Shown here one piece after another: positions 1-10,800 of a stretch of 64,000 nucleotides of DNA. Below the pieces are notes generated by a model that was not told the origin of the DNA, did not search any database, and saw nothing but the letters and a program-made list of their open reading frames with translations. The stretch covers positions 32,001 to 96,000 of IMG/VR virus record IMGVR_UViG_3300046526_000553. One strand, 5' to 3'. The translations under genes were made by a program, and so were the position numbers. Source of the DNA: a virus (taxonomy: Duplodnaviria; Caudoviricetes). The stretch's first letter is position 1. The number at the start of each line of letters is the position of its first letter.

Positions 1-537
1 TTAATTAGCCGAGGCGCTTGTATATCTTGGTCGCCACCCAATTTAGCTAGTAATTTTATGATGTGGTGTATAGGTTATATGGCAAAGAATACCCCATATA
101 GGTTATTTACAGCTTATGCAGACATAGAAGCTAAAGAGCTTGGGACAATTTATCAAGCCTGTAACTTTTATTATCTAGGGAAAAACGCTGGTACCTCCAC
201 TAGATATATCAATCCTTATACCGGTAAGATTGTATCTGACAGGTTCTTTAGAGTGAGGAGTGCTTATAAGAAATATGCTCAGGAATTAAAGATAACTTGG
301 CAGAAGAACTGGAGTAATGACCAACGGATGTTATGGGAGAATATACCAGATGATATCGAAAAACAATTACGGGATTTTAGTAAGATGAAACAGTTAGGGG
401 CTGAAAAGATTGTTATGCCCTCTAAGCATAAATATGCTTATGTGTTAGGGGCGAATAGGAAAGAGACTAAACTTTTGAGGGAAATGTTTCTGGAGCGGAA
501 TCGGGTTTACGAATATCCGAAGGTTCGGGGGAGTTAA
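1..537 (+). CDS. Mom-family-like (GNAT) DNA adenine-modification protein, 5'-truncated by the window
   Basis: Frame is open from base 1 (LISRGACISWSPPNLAS...). Motif AYAD-x5-LGTIYQACNFYYLG resembles Mom-like proteins. Confidence 0.6.
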   Translation, partial: LISRGACISWSPPNLASNFMMWCIGYMAKNTPYRLFTAYADIEAKELGTIYQACNFYYLGKNAGTSTRYINPYTGKIVSDRFFRVRSAYKKYAQELKITWQKNWSNDQRMLWENIPDDIEKQLRDFSKMKQLGAEKIVMPSKHKYAYVLGANRKETKLLREMFLERNRVYEYPKVRGS

Positions 538-578
538 AATCATTATATAGTTTTAATGCTCTTACCTTGGCAGGAAGA

Positions 579-821
579 TTAACGTATTGCAGTTTTATCA
601 AAACTCATTATTATCTTCCCTATGTTGATGTTTTTGGGGTCAAGCGGGTTAAATGGTCTATGAAATAATACATCCATCGATTCTTTAACTTCAAATGCAG
701 GTCTACATGGACAATTCAAAGATGTAATGTGGTCTAGACCACTACCCGCATCTGGAGGGATTAACTCAAATACATCACTTTCAATCGTTCCGTCTTCTAA
801 AATTCTAACGTTGCCTACCAT
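579..821 (-). CDS. hypothetical protein
   Basis: 80-aa ORF coupled to the upstream HNH gene, with an AGGAGA RBS. Confidence 0.5.
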   Translation of the reverse strand: MVGNVRILEDGTIESDVFELIPPDAGSGLDHITSLNCPCRPAFEVKESMDVLFHRPFNPLDPKNINIGKIIMSFDKTAIR

Positions 822-823
822 TA

Positions 824-1402
824 TTATTCTCCTCTCCTATTCTTTTCCCATTGTTCGAATTCTGGATAAGTTTCTAAAGGTTTTGTGGGACGGCCTAAAA
901 ACCAACCACGCTGTCTATTTAATTCATTATGTAGTTTGATATGTTCTGAACGGGTCATGACTTGTAGGTTACGTTCATCATTATCTGTTTTGATTTCATT
1001 TTTATGGTGAACAACCTCATCAGGATTTAATTTACGACCAATCATTTGTTCGGCAATAACTATATGTTCAGGTGTGTATTTACCATTCACCTTTATTTCT
1101 TTATAGCCTTTACTGTTCAAAAACCATCCTCTTTTGTAGACCCAAGGGGAGCCTTCTCCCTGTCTATCTATACTCTGTTGTTTATACATATGTTCACTGG
1201 AACAATATACTTTTTTATGCTTTAACCTACTGGGGATACATTCCCCCTCAATACCACAATAGGCACAGTTGAATTTAACTTTGTTTCTTTTTACTAATCC
1301 CATGCATTTAGTTGAACATGTTTTAGCGTCAAGACGATTATACCAAGGGTGGAATGGCTCATTACATCCTTCACAAATATTCCAAATCTCAGCTCGTCTC
1401 AT
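824..1402 (-). CDS. HNH endonuclease with N-terminal CxxC zinc-finger repeats
   Basis: EH-x4-E..GRKL..DEVVHHKNEIKTDN motif plus CxxC repeats. Confidence 0.85.
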   Translation of the reverse strand: MRRAEIWNICEGCNEPFHPWYNRLDAKTCSTKCMGLVKRNKVKFNCAYCGIEGECIPSRLKHKKVYCSSEHMYKQQSIDRQGEGSPWVYKRGWFLNSKGYKEIKVNGKYTPEHIVIAEQMIGRKLNPDEVVHHKNEIKTDNDERNLQVMTRSEHIKLHNELNRQRGWFLGRPTKPLETYPEFEQWEKNRRGE

Positions 1403-2316
1403 TTATCGGCTCCATTCCAGCGACCAGCTTTTTTAACATTGCCATAATGTAATTTTGTATGGTCAGCCTTACTGAGAACTATCAGATTATTGATATCGTT
1501 GTTAAGCTTATCACCATCAAGATGGTGTACTTCTTCGTTTTTAGCAAGCTTACGACCAAGATGTTGTTCCATAATATAACGATGTTCAAGGTACTTTTTC
1601 CTATCAACCGTTATAACCTTATAGCCATTACTATCAATATAACCTCCCTTATACCAGGGGGTGCCTGCACCACGGCGTTCTTCGCTGAATTTTTTATACT
1701 TACATTCATTTGAACAAAATCTAACATTATGACTTTTAGCTTCACTGGTCTTTACCTCAAACTTCTTACCACAAGTATCACAGATAAATCCTATATATGT
1801 TCTCTTGGCTACCCCAGCACATGCCACAGAACAATAGATTGCCTTTGCTTTTTTGGGAAAAAATTCTTTACCACATTCATCATTTTGGCATATATGTGGC
1901 TGTTTATGATGTATGTATTTCATCTCTGCTATCTTACGAGCCTCTACAGCTTCCTCAAGTATTTTAAAACTACCAAGCTGGATTACTTCACCATTCACCT
2001 CAATTTTAGATAAGAACCTATCATAGTTGTGGGCATGTGTAACACCAACGATACCTGTTTTATTGAGAATCGAAGGTGTATTTCTCTTCGACCGTCTTAT
2101 AGGATGTATGTTTTCCCAATTGGGGATATCATTATATCGTGGATTTTTATGATATTTTTTAGCACTATGATTCCAAGCGATAGCTGCATCTAATTCAGTA
2201 TCATATGTACCAATATTTAACTTTCTACCATTATTAATAGTCATGGATGATTCATAACCATCACTATTATGAGCTTTTCTTACGCCTTTCCACTTACTTT
2301 TGATTGCCATATACAA
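1399..2316 (-). CDS. AP2-domain / Zn-finger / HNH endonuclease
   Basis: Two AP2-like segments (LNIGTYDTELDAA, QLGSFKILEEAVEAR) and a C-terminal EEVHHLDGDKLNN HNH motif. Confidence 0.85.
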   Translation of the reverse strand: MYMAIKSKWKGVRKAHNSDGYESSMTINNGRKLNIGTYDTELDAAIAWNHSAKKYHKNPRYNDIPNWENIHPIRRSKRNTPSILNKTGIVGVTHAHNYDRFLSKIEVNGEVIQLGSFKILEEAVEARKIAEMKYIHHKQPHICQNDECGKEFFPKKAKAIYCSVACAGVAKRTYIGFICDTCGKKFEVKTSEAKSHNVRFCSNECKYKKFSEERRGAGTPWYKGGYIDSNGYKVITVDRKKYLEHRYIMEQHLGRKLAKNEEVHHLDGDKLNNDINNLIVLSKADHTKLHYGNVKKAGRWNGADK

Positions 2317-2615
2317 CCTTTTCTTATTGAGATGGTCGTATGAATGCTCTATACTTGAGATATAGAGCGCTGCTACGACCAGCGCTCTTTTAATTTACCT
2401 TTTAATTGTACATGAGTGGGGCAACAATGTCAAGTACTTATTTAAATTAAGCTATAAAAGTTGTATTTTTATCAATTCGCTCACAACACTTCTAGTGCTA
2501 GAACGGTTAATTTTTTATGACAATTTTCACTAATTTTTACATTATTTTGAGTCATTGTATAAAAAATAAGGCTCCTTATTTTGAGAAGCCTTATCTGTTA
2601 TTTCTATATTATATA

Positions 2616-3734
2616 CTAAACAGTCACTGCTGTCAACTGGGCAAACCCATCCACCGCGCTGAGCTGACCATCTAAACGTTCACCCACCTTGACAGCTGCC
2701 CTGTGTTGGGCAAACGATGTACCTTCCTGCGTTGATATCTCCGAGAAAATCTCTTCACGGTCACCAATCACATAGTAATTAAGGTCACCGAAGTAAACTT
2801 CCGAAGCAGTTCCACCAACACCAAGGTTAGTAGGAATATCATTCTGCACAAGCACTGGTACACCAAGTAAATTAGGTGTTCCACCCGGAGTACGGAATGC
2901 CATACCGTAACCATCTTGGTATAGGTATTGGTTTTGGCTATCTTTCAGCTTACGAACAATTGCCAGTGTCAGGTCATTAAACAACCACACAGGATTGCCC
3001 TGTACACGATACTGATATGGAAGTGCATGGTAAAGTGTAATCAAGTCATCACCTGTTAGGTGAGCACCTGCCTGAACATTCGTGTGTGTATAGGTATATT
3101 GTCGAAGACCTTTCGGCTGACCAGCACCAGAACCTGTCATGAATGCTGAATCTTCAACCCGTCCAATGCTCTTTGCAAACCGTTGCATAACGAGGTCTGT
3201 TAGACCGACGTTAATGGCGGAGTCAAGTAGCAACTGGCGTGACATTCTAGAAATGCCGATAAGGTTGTTCACAGCCAATACGATTTGGCTAAAGACCATA
3301 TCACTCTGTGTAATAGTGGCAAGTTCAGCTGTCCAGTTAGCAGTTACCGTAGCAGCTTCAACTGGTACTTCCATCTTATCGCTCGACATCGGAAGTACAG
3401 TACAATTCGGTCGGATGACTGGAAGCTTATATAGAAGCTCAATCAGCGTTCCAGAGAATTCTAGAGGCGTTAGGAAACCACCAGCTGAGTTTGTACCTTC
3501 ACTGAGGTCTTTAGTATATTGTGCACCTTTGCCTTCCGAAATATTAACCAAATCAGCTAAGAAGCCACCAATGACTTGTTTAGCTTGCGGGTTTGAACGG
3601 TGTGGGGCATCGGATAGGTGTTTGTCAAAAATAGCTTTGCGTTCAGCCTCATCAGCACCTGATTTTTCGGCTTCACGGGCTTCAAGAGCTGCACTAACAG
3701 CAGCCTTCTTGAGCTCTTCAAGAGTCTGTCCCAT
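2616..3734 (-). CDS. major capsid protein, HK97 family
   Basis: AGGFLTP, F(M)TGSGAGQPKG, KLKDSQNQYL, LLGVPV and YFGDL motifs. Lies downstream of the protease. Confidence 0.95.
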   Translation of the reverse strand: MGQTLEELKKAAVSAALEAREAEKSGADEAERKAIFDKHLSDAPHRSNPQAKQVIGGFLADLVNISEGKGAQYTKDLSEGTNSAGGFLTPLEFSGTLIELLYKLPVIRPNCTVLPMSSDKMEVPVEAATVTANWTAELATITQSDMVFSQIVLAVNNLIGISRMSRQLLLDSAINVGLTDLVMQRFAKSIGRVEDSAFMTGSGAGQPKGLRQYTYTHTNVQAGAHLTGDDLITLYHALPYQYRVQGNPVWLFNDLTLAIVRKLKDSQNQYLYQDGYGMAFRTPGGTPNLLGVPVLVQNDIPTNLGVGGTASEVYFGDLNYYVIGDREEIFSEISTQEGTSFAQHRAAVKVGERLDGQLSAVDGFAQLTAVTV

Positions 3735-3761
3735 TATAATTTCCTTAAAGTAGTAATTTTA

Positions 3762-6080
3762 TTATTTAGCTGAAGGTGCCAGTGCGTCATTAACGGCGCG
3801 AACAATTTCTTCAGCCTCTTCATCAGACAGATTGTCTGGGTCAACCATGGTGTCATCGGTCAGTTTAGGTTTCGATTCAGTAGTTTTTTCGTCTACAGCC
3901 TTATCAACAGTTGCCTTGCCATCTTCTGGTTTATCCTCTTCAGGATTTCCTTCGGGCGACTCTTGAGTGGTTGCATCCTTAGTTACTGTATCTTTATCAT
4001 CGCTGACCTTTTCAACTTTTTCGTCTACTGATGCTTTGCTCTGGTCTGCACCGTCAGTCGGATTTTCCTCTGACTTAACCTCGCCTTTAGCTTTCGTATC
4101 AGTAGCCTGTTCGGTTGGTTCAGGCGTATCTAATGAACTTGTTGATTCGTTGTCTGGAGATTTCTGCACGTCCAGTTGCTTACTGTCATTTTCAGAAGCG
4201 GGTTTCTTCGGTTTGCTTATACCATCATCACCAGGACCATCAGCTTTCGTAACGACATCTGAAATGGATTTAATATGTGAGTCCAGCCCTTTGGATTGCT
4301 TTGCAAGCATGTCTGCGTGAGCCTTCATGGTTTGCGCATGACCGCCCAAAGCGTCGGTGTGCATATCCAGTAGAGATTTCGTATCACTCAAATAATCTTG
4401 CACTGCTTTGAGGTGTGCCATTTGCGTTGGTGTCAATGCACCACCGCTATTACCCTCTGCTAAGTCTTTTTTCCCCATAAGTACATTGTCCTTTCGAAGC
4501 GCTTTACCTGTCAACACTTTTACCATAAACTGGGCAAATCGTAATTTTGCTTGAGGAGTATTCAAACTGCGAAGATTGGTCTGGACATATTCTCCATCCT
4601 GATTGTCTCCGTTTCCCTCATCATCGTCTTCATCATTGTATGTTCCGGCAGCCACTTTTTGTAGTAATGAAATAGTTTCAGATAATAATGAACCAAAATC
4701 ATCTGGTGATGTATCTTCGTCAAAATAGACATCACAGAATGCCCAGACAATTTCGAAGAAATCATTCATCTTACCCTGCTTCTCATCTTGGGCTGCATCT
4801 TCAGCTAATTCTTCTGCCACGCTACCTTTGGTATTGGATTCGTCTTTGACCTTAGATTCTGTCTTCACTTCGCTCTCCATTTCTTCAATGGCTTTTAGCT
4901 CAATTTCTAAATCTTCAACAGATTTCAACGGAGGAGCTGTTTCACCAAATTTCTTATAATATTTCTTCACCTGCGTATATACAGCTTGGCGGTCAGTACC
5001 TTGGACACCACCACGAGCCCCATTCAAAACACCCATAATAGCTTTGACAGCATTCCAGACAGCCACTAGCTTGTCATCACTGACAGTTGCAAACGGTAAT
5101 TTATAATCCCCCTGCTTGTCACCAGCACCATCGGCAACCCACATGAAAGCTTTCTTATACTTGCCAAAATCTATCTCACCATCTGCATTACTTGCCCATT
5201 TTTTTACTGCCGAAACAGCTGCGCCCTTATCCCAGGCAGTACCTTTATCTGCTAACGGCAGGCTAGATGAAATAGCGCCTTTGATTTCTTTATCGGTAGT
5301 GTCTTCTTTCTTATTCATAGCTTTCTCTACCGCTCCTTCAATCAGGTCATTTAACATATCTAATGATTGCTGAGTTGATGTAACTTTTTCAGGAGCTTTT
5401 GAAGCCACCTCAGCTACGACATCTTCGCCTCCTTCTACTGATTTATTCATATCCATGATTTCTTCTAGATTAGCAATCGTTTTCTGGAGCTTATGTTTTA
5501 ATTGTTTAGCATGACGGATATCCATATCGCCCATCTTATATGCCAACATCAAAGCTTGCGGATTAGCCGGTACGACAACAGCAGAAATCTCTAGTAATTC
5601 ACATTCTTTGAATGTATTGTTATCTATTTCAGCAGGCAAAAACCCCACTGAGAATGCAAACATGTATTGATTGCGGTAAAAATTCCAGATTAAATCTGCA
5701 AATTCGTACATACCTTGAGGGGGTGCTTGGTAAGTAAACTTCAGCACCCCATCTATTACACCTATCTCTACAGCTCTACCGACTGGTGGTTGGTAATAAT
5801 CATGTGCCCATGGGATAACCGGATTATTCTTGAAATTATTTAAATCCCATGTAGCCTGGTCAACTACCTCGCCCGCCCTATCTACAATCGCTGTTGAAGC
5901 AATTGCTGTGAAAGTACGGTTCTTATCATCAAAACTACCAAGATTGAAATTGATAGTCTGCATGATTTTACCGTGTGTATTCGGCACAGCTACCGGAGAA
6001 TCAACAGTTTTTTCCCACCAATTGCCAGCATCTTGCTGACGTGGCTTCACTACTGTTGATTCTAATACGGCTTTCGACAT
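3762..6080 (-). CDS. HK97-family prohead protease fused to an extra domain and an acidic scaffold-like tail
   Basis: ASTAIVDRAGEVV, NPVIPWAH, AFSVGF and ELLEISAVVVPANPQA motifs. Confidence 0.92.
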   Translation of the reverse strand: MSKAVLESTVVKPRQQDAGNWWEKTVDSPVAVPNTHGKIMQTINFNLGSFDDKNRTFTAIASTAIVDRAGEVVDQATWDLNNFKNNPVIPWAHDYYQPPVGRAVEIGVIDGVLKFTYQAPPQGMYEFADLIWNFYRNQYMFAFSVGFLPAEIDNNTFKECELLEISAVVVPANPQALMLAYKMGDMDIRHAKQLKHKLQKTIANLEEIMDMNKSVEGGEDVVAEVASKAPEKVTSTQQSLDMLNDLIEGAVEKAMNKKEDTTDKEIKGAISSSLPLADKGTAWDKGAAVSAVKKWASNADGEIDFGKYKKAFMWVADGAGDKQGDYKLPFATVSDDKLVAVWNAVKAIMGVLNGARGGVQGTDRQAVYTQVKKYYKKFGETAPPLKSVEDLEIELKAIEEMESEVKTESKVKDESNTKGSVAEELAEDAAQDEKQGKMNDFFEIVWAFCDVYFDEDTSPDDFGSLLSETISLLQKVAAGTYNDEDDDEGNGDNQDGEYVQTNLRSLNTPQAKLRFAQFMVKVLTGKALRKDNVLMGKKDLAEGNSGGALTPTQMAHLKAVQDYLSDTKSLLDMHTDALGGHAQTMKAHADMLAKQSKGLDSHIKSISDVVTKADGPGDDGISKPKKPASENDSKQLDVQKSPDNESTSSLDTPEPTEQATDTKAKGEVKSEENPTDGADQSKASVDEKVEKVSDDKDTVTKDATTQESPEGNPEEDKPEDGKATVDKAVDEKTTESKPKLTDDTMVDPDNLSDEEAEEIVRAVNDALAPSAK

Positions 6081-6107
6081 AGAAATAATACTCTTCCCAA
6101 ATCCCGA

Positions 6108-6488
6108 TTAGCTTACGACACTAACAAGGTTCCAACGAGTACCATCACTAACAAATGAAGCTTGGCTCCATCGACTAGCAAGTGAATATCCTACACCTAT
6201 ATTCAAAGTACCTGATACAGTAACAGTACCGTTACCCGTGTCAACTTTTTCAACCCGTACCATTTGACCAACATTCCCAGTTTGACCAGCTGTACTTTGG
6301 TCAGGACGCATAGTTGAAGCGTTAAAGCTTCCTGCCGCTACCGGCGCTGGAAGTGTTACGACAATAACACTCGTACCTGTAGTTACTTGTACCAACTGGT
6401 CTTGTGGTGTCACAGTATAATTCGCAGAAATTGCTGTCACATTTAAATACTCTTCGCCATTCACAGCGCTTGACGCAATATTAGCCAT
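6108..6488 (-). CDS. small virion structural protein (head decoration/fibre-like)
   Basis: Likely start MANIASS at 6488 after an AGGAGA RBS. The VTLPA...FVSDGTRW motif is shared with the C-terminus of 19043..21589. Confidence 0.55.
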   Translation of the reverse strand: MANIASSAVNGEEYLNVTAISANYTVTPQDQLVQVTTGTSVIVVTLPAPVAAGSFNASTMRPDQSTAGQTGNVGQMVRVEKVDTGNGTVTVSGTLNIGVGYSLASRWSQASFVSDGTRWNLVSVVS

Positions 6489-6651
6489 AATATATCTCCT
6501 AAAAATTACTTGTTGTTCTATTTTAAGATTATCCGATGTAAATAACATCTGACAATAGAGATTGCAAAAAACAAGTAAAATATGTATACTATGCTTCAGA
6601 GGTATCAAAAAAGATACCCCTTGAGTGACTAAGCTACAAAGGAGTATCTAT

Positions 6652-7140
6652 ATGGATAGTGTAACACAAATATGTTCTATGGATGGGTGTGAAAATCTCA
6701 GTGGAAGCTCTGATATTAAAAAATATGAATTACACGGTAGCAGAAATAGTTCTGAATATAAAATCTGGTGTAATATAAAACAGCGTTGTTATAATTCAAA
6801 CAGTACAAGATATAAAGATTACGGCGGTAGAAGTATTGTTATGTCTGATGCGTGGCATGATTCATTCATTGCATTCTATAAAGATATGGGCAAAAGACCA
6901 TCTAATAAACATTCAATTGAAAGAAAAGATAATGATAAGGGCTATACGCCGGAAAATTGTATTTGGGCTACGGATAAAGAACAAAGTACAAATAAGCGCA
7001 CTAATGTATGGATTACTTATGCTGATTTGACCATGACAATATCTCAATGGGCGCAATATAGAGGCATAAACCATAGTACTTTAAGAATGCGCCTTCATCG
7101 TAATAAATGGTCGATTGGTAAAATCCTTGGCTATTATTAA
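6652..7140 (+). CDS. free-standing HNH-type endonuclease, antisense within the head operon
   Basis: SEYKIWCNIKQRCYN...YGGR...SIERKDNDKGYTPENCIWAT motif. AAGGAG RBS precedes ATG 6652. Confidence 0.85.
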   Translation: MDSVTQICSMDGCENLSGSSDIKKYELHGSRNSSEYKIWCNIKQRCYNSNSTRYKDYGGRSIVMSDAWHDSFIAFYKDMGKRPSNKHSIERKDNDKGYTPENCIWATDKEQSTNKRTNVWITYADLTMTISQWAQYRGINHSTLRMRLHRNKWSIGKILGYY

Positions 7141-7244
7141 CTAAATATCCCATGCCACATATAATATTTTCGTAGGGTAAATAACCATAATTATAGTGTC
7201 ATCTATCGAAGAAGATGAATATTGATTCATGGCGTACTCCCATC

Positions 7245-7796
7245 TCAGCTAACCCTTTGAGTCATGGCTGGGTATACAATAACCTCACCGTACCTAATCG
7301 ATACCAACTTATTATTAGTATCAACCAGCCGTAAATCATAGAAAAATGAACCCGGCTCTATATTGCTATATGAATTCGGTATACTAACGACAGTTAAACC
7401 TTGGAGTGGCTGTATATGGCTAGTAATGGGTGGCAATGCTATCAAAGCTTCTGTATCAGGCACTACTTCCAAATCTTCTTTCACCGTAAAATACAAAGTA
7501 TACCCAGTAATATTAACGACAGCAAAATATTGTATTGGTCTCGTATCGGTTGTTGTCGCCGGAGTAGCTAGTATTAAATGGTTATAATCTGTAACTGAAA
7601 CAATCGTGTTCATAATCCCAGTTGGGAATGTTATATTGCATCCAGCCATCGATACATCCCAGAAGGTATTACTACCCACCAAAATTGTGCTACCATTAGT
7701 TCTAGTGGCATAACCGGATTGAGTAATTGTAACTGTATAAACTAAATCATCTCCCTGTACGAACGATATCGTTGGTGCTAGTGGTAATGTCGCCAT
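7245..7796 (-). CDS. virion structural protein (BppU-N-like adaptor)
   Basis: QGDD...YTVT start and FTVK...GSFFYDLRL...G.VIVYP.MT pattern. Confidence 0.5.
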   Translation of the reverse strand: MATLPLAPTISFVQGDDLVYTVTITQSGYATRTNGSTILVGSNTFWDVSMAGCNITFPTGIMNTIVSVTDYNHLILATPATTTDTRPIQYFAVVNITGYTLYFTVKEDLEVVPDTEALIALPPITSHIQPLQGLTVVSIPNSYSNIEPGSFFYDLRLVDTNNKLVSIRYGEVIVYPAMTQRVS

Positions 7797-7849
7797 TTGC
7801 TTCCTTTTCTCTTATAAGTGTATATAATCTGTTAAGCCTCGGGCAATTT

Positions 7850-10800
7850 TTACTTTGGACGCCTTTTGATAAAGATGACGATATTATCAATGGATGCCCG
7901 AATCATGGATATATTGATATGGCGTGGCGGAAATCTGAACCGTATCAATGATTTGAAGAAATTGGTGCTGAAAGTCAGTTGAGCACCAAAATTTCCAAAC
8001 TTTGGATGACCGCCTGCTACTGCACCGGCAAAACTCAATACAGCACTAACTAACCTATGAGTGATAGCACGAGTTGTACGTCCTGAGAAACTTAAGCCAG
8101 CTTGGAAAGCGTTGGTCAAGCGTCTAATTAATGATGTGGTAAAGCTTAAGGTCGCTGCGAATAGTCTAATCGCACTTTTTCTGAATACCCCCGTGAAGGA
8201 TAATGTACTTGTTAATGATGCCAATAATTGACCACCACCGATAAATGTACCAGCAAAACTCAATGCAGCCGTCATGGCTGATTTTCGAATTGCCCGCAGG
8301 AACGAACCTGCAAATGTTAATGCAGCACTCAGCGGATATTGTATCGATTTTACAAATGTACCAGTAAACGATAATACTGCTGCCAACGGTTTTCCAATCT
8401 GATGTACAAAACTGGCTATTGTTAGGTTAAGTGTGGCTGCAAATGTTTTTTTAGCAGTCTTAGTAAACATACCTGCAAAACTTAACACTGCTACAGGCAG
8501 TGCCCGAACTGTTTTCTTTGCCGTTGTTCCAGCAAATGTCAGGCTACCCGTTAACGAAACGAACATAGAATGGAATGAAGATATAACAAGTGTTCCGACC
8601 GGTGATAGTGCAGCTGTAAATCTATGAACAATAGCTCTGACTTGTTTGCCAGTAAAGCTCAAAGTCCCTGTTAATGTTTGCAATAATTGTCCACCTCCCA
8701 AAAATACTCCCGTAAAGCTAAGCGTGGCAGTCAAGGCTTTGGGCATAGCAGTTTTTATAAAGATTCCGACGAAATTTAATGCAGCCGTGAAACCATGTAC
8801 CATACTACGTAATGATGCTGTTGTAAAGTTCAACGTAGCTGCGAATATCTTTATACTCGATTTGACGAATACTCCCGTAAAGCTAAGCGTGGCAGCAAAG
8901 ATTGCCCGAATGGTAGTTTTCAATAATATACCGACAAATGATAGTGTAGCCGTGAAATGGTGGGTTAGATTTCGAACAAACGAACCGGAGAAAGAAAGCA
9001 TGGACAACAAACCTCGAACTAGGAAACGGGTGATAGAGCCTGAGAAACTTAACGTAGCTGTCAAAAACGGACGCGCTCTTTTTGTGAAGGAGCCACTGAA
9101 ACTCAGTGTTCCCGTCAAAATATGTGTCGTTGGCACGGAAATAATTATTGCACCAACGAAACTTAATGCTCCTGTTAATGCACGAGCAATATTCCTAGAT
9201 AGCAACGCTCCGACAAAACTCAAGGTAGCAATAAATTTATGTGTGATAATTTTTATCAATGAACCCGACATATTGACGGTAGCTGTAAATTTCCGATTAG
9301 TCTGTTTAAGCAAATCATCGATTGTTCCAACCCCAAACTGGTTTCCACCACTACCGAACATACCACTACCGAAAGTATAATTTATGAAATTAAGTGTAGC
9401 AGTTAGCGCTGTTGTAATCGGTCTGATAAATATAATTGTAAAGTTAAGAACGGCTGTAAAAGCACGACTGAAATTTCTGCCAAAAACACCATGGAAGCTT
9501 AAGGCTGCAGTCAGGTTAGAAAAACTTGTACCTGGGTGTGTAGCCAAACCACTAAATGACAGTGATGATAACATGCCATGTATCCATTTCTTTGGTAAAC
9601 TTCCCGCAAACGATACAGCCCCAGTGAAAGCTCGGGTAATATTCCTTGTGATTGCTCCTGAGAATGAAAGCGCAGCCGTGAAGAATTTCTGATTTATCCG
9701 ACTGATTAAAGCTCCAACAAAAGAAACGGCAGCAGTAATCCTATGATTGGTTGACTTCTTAAATGAAACTGCGGAAGGTGCAGCCTGAAAAGCAGCGACC
9801 AACGAACCGGCTGAATTCGAACCTGTCCAGTTGGCTGTATCCGTAAAATTAGTCAATGTCGTTGTAGATAGATACTCACCGCAGAAAAAGTTCCTATTAA
9901 AGCCATTGATATTTGTACCGATTAAAGTGTTTGTAGCCCAGCTTGGAGCACTTAAACCGCCAGCACTCATAAGACTGAATACTAGGTCATTAGTATATGA
10001 GGTTGTGATAAGAGGTGTCGTATATATTGTGACGGAACTGGCAGTATTTTGGGCGGCTGCCGTTCCGTCTAATAGGATAGGGTTACCGTTTCCCGTATAT
10101 TCAAAGATATCTAAAACACTAATACCACCATTTGTATTAGTGCCGGTGATATTTGTTTCCGAACCAGTCGCTATCTTGTAATGGATGGAGATGTCCCCAT
10201 TCACGCCCGTAGCCGTTCCTTCGATTAACTTTGTCCAACCAGTGATAGAATTATTCAGTACATTAGAATTTGTAAGAAAGGCAGCAATCAAAAGGTTTCC
10301 GGGTGTTGTTGCGCCAGGATAGGCAACAGTAACTGAGGTTGAGCCTGCATTACCGGTAGCATCTTGAGAAGTTATTCTTGAGATACTACCAGGATGAGTT
10401 GTAGCCGTCACATTTAATACTCCTGAAAAACTATGAATAAACTTTTTAAATGTGCTACCAACAAAGGATAACGTAGCAGCTAGCGCATGAGTTAATGCTC
10501 GTATATTGGAGCCCACGAATGATAATATAGCAACAATCTTATGGTTGGTTGCTTTTATAAAGCCAGTTGTACCAGCTCCGGCCTTAAACGCCACTATAGC
10601 GGAAGATACGGTTTGACCGCCCCCTGTCCAGCTTGCAGTATCGTTATAATTCGTCTGAGTAGTACTAGCAATGAGTTGACCACAGATTGTTTCCATAAAA
10701 CTTGTACCAGTGTAACCAAAGACTGTCGCCCCACTACTCCAAGTTATTACGCCGGGCGAAGCTGTGCCCTTACCGATGAAATAGAATATTAAATCATTTG

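Noticed and set aside
824-7140. Group I introns or inteins hosting the HNH genes
   Set aside because: Flanking genes are intact, and no intron core or intein motifs were recognised. The HNHs look free-standing.
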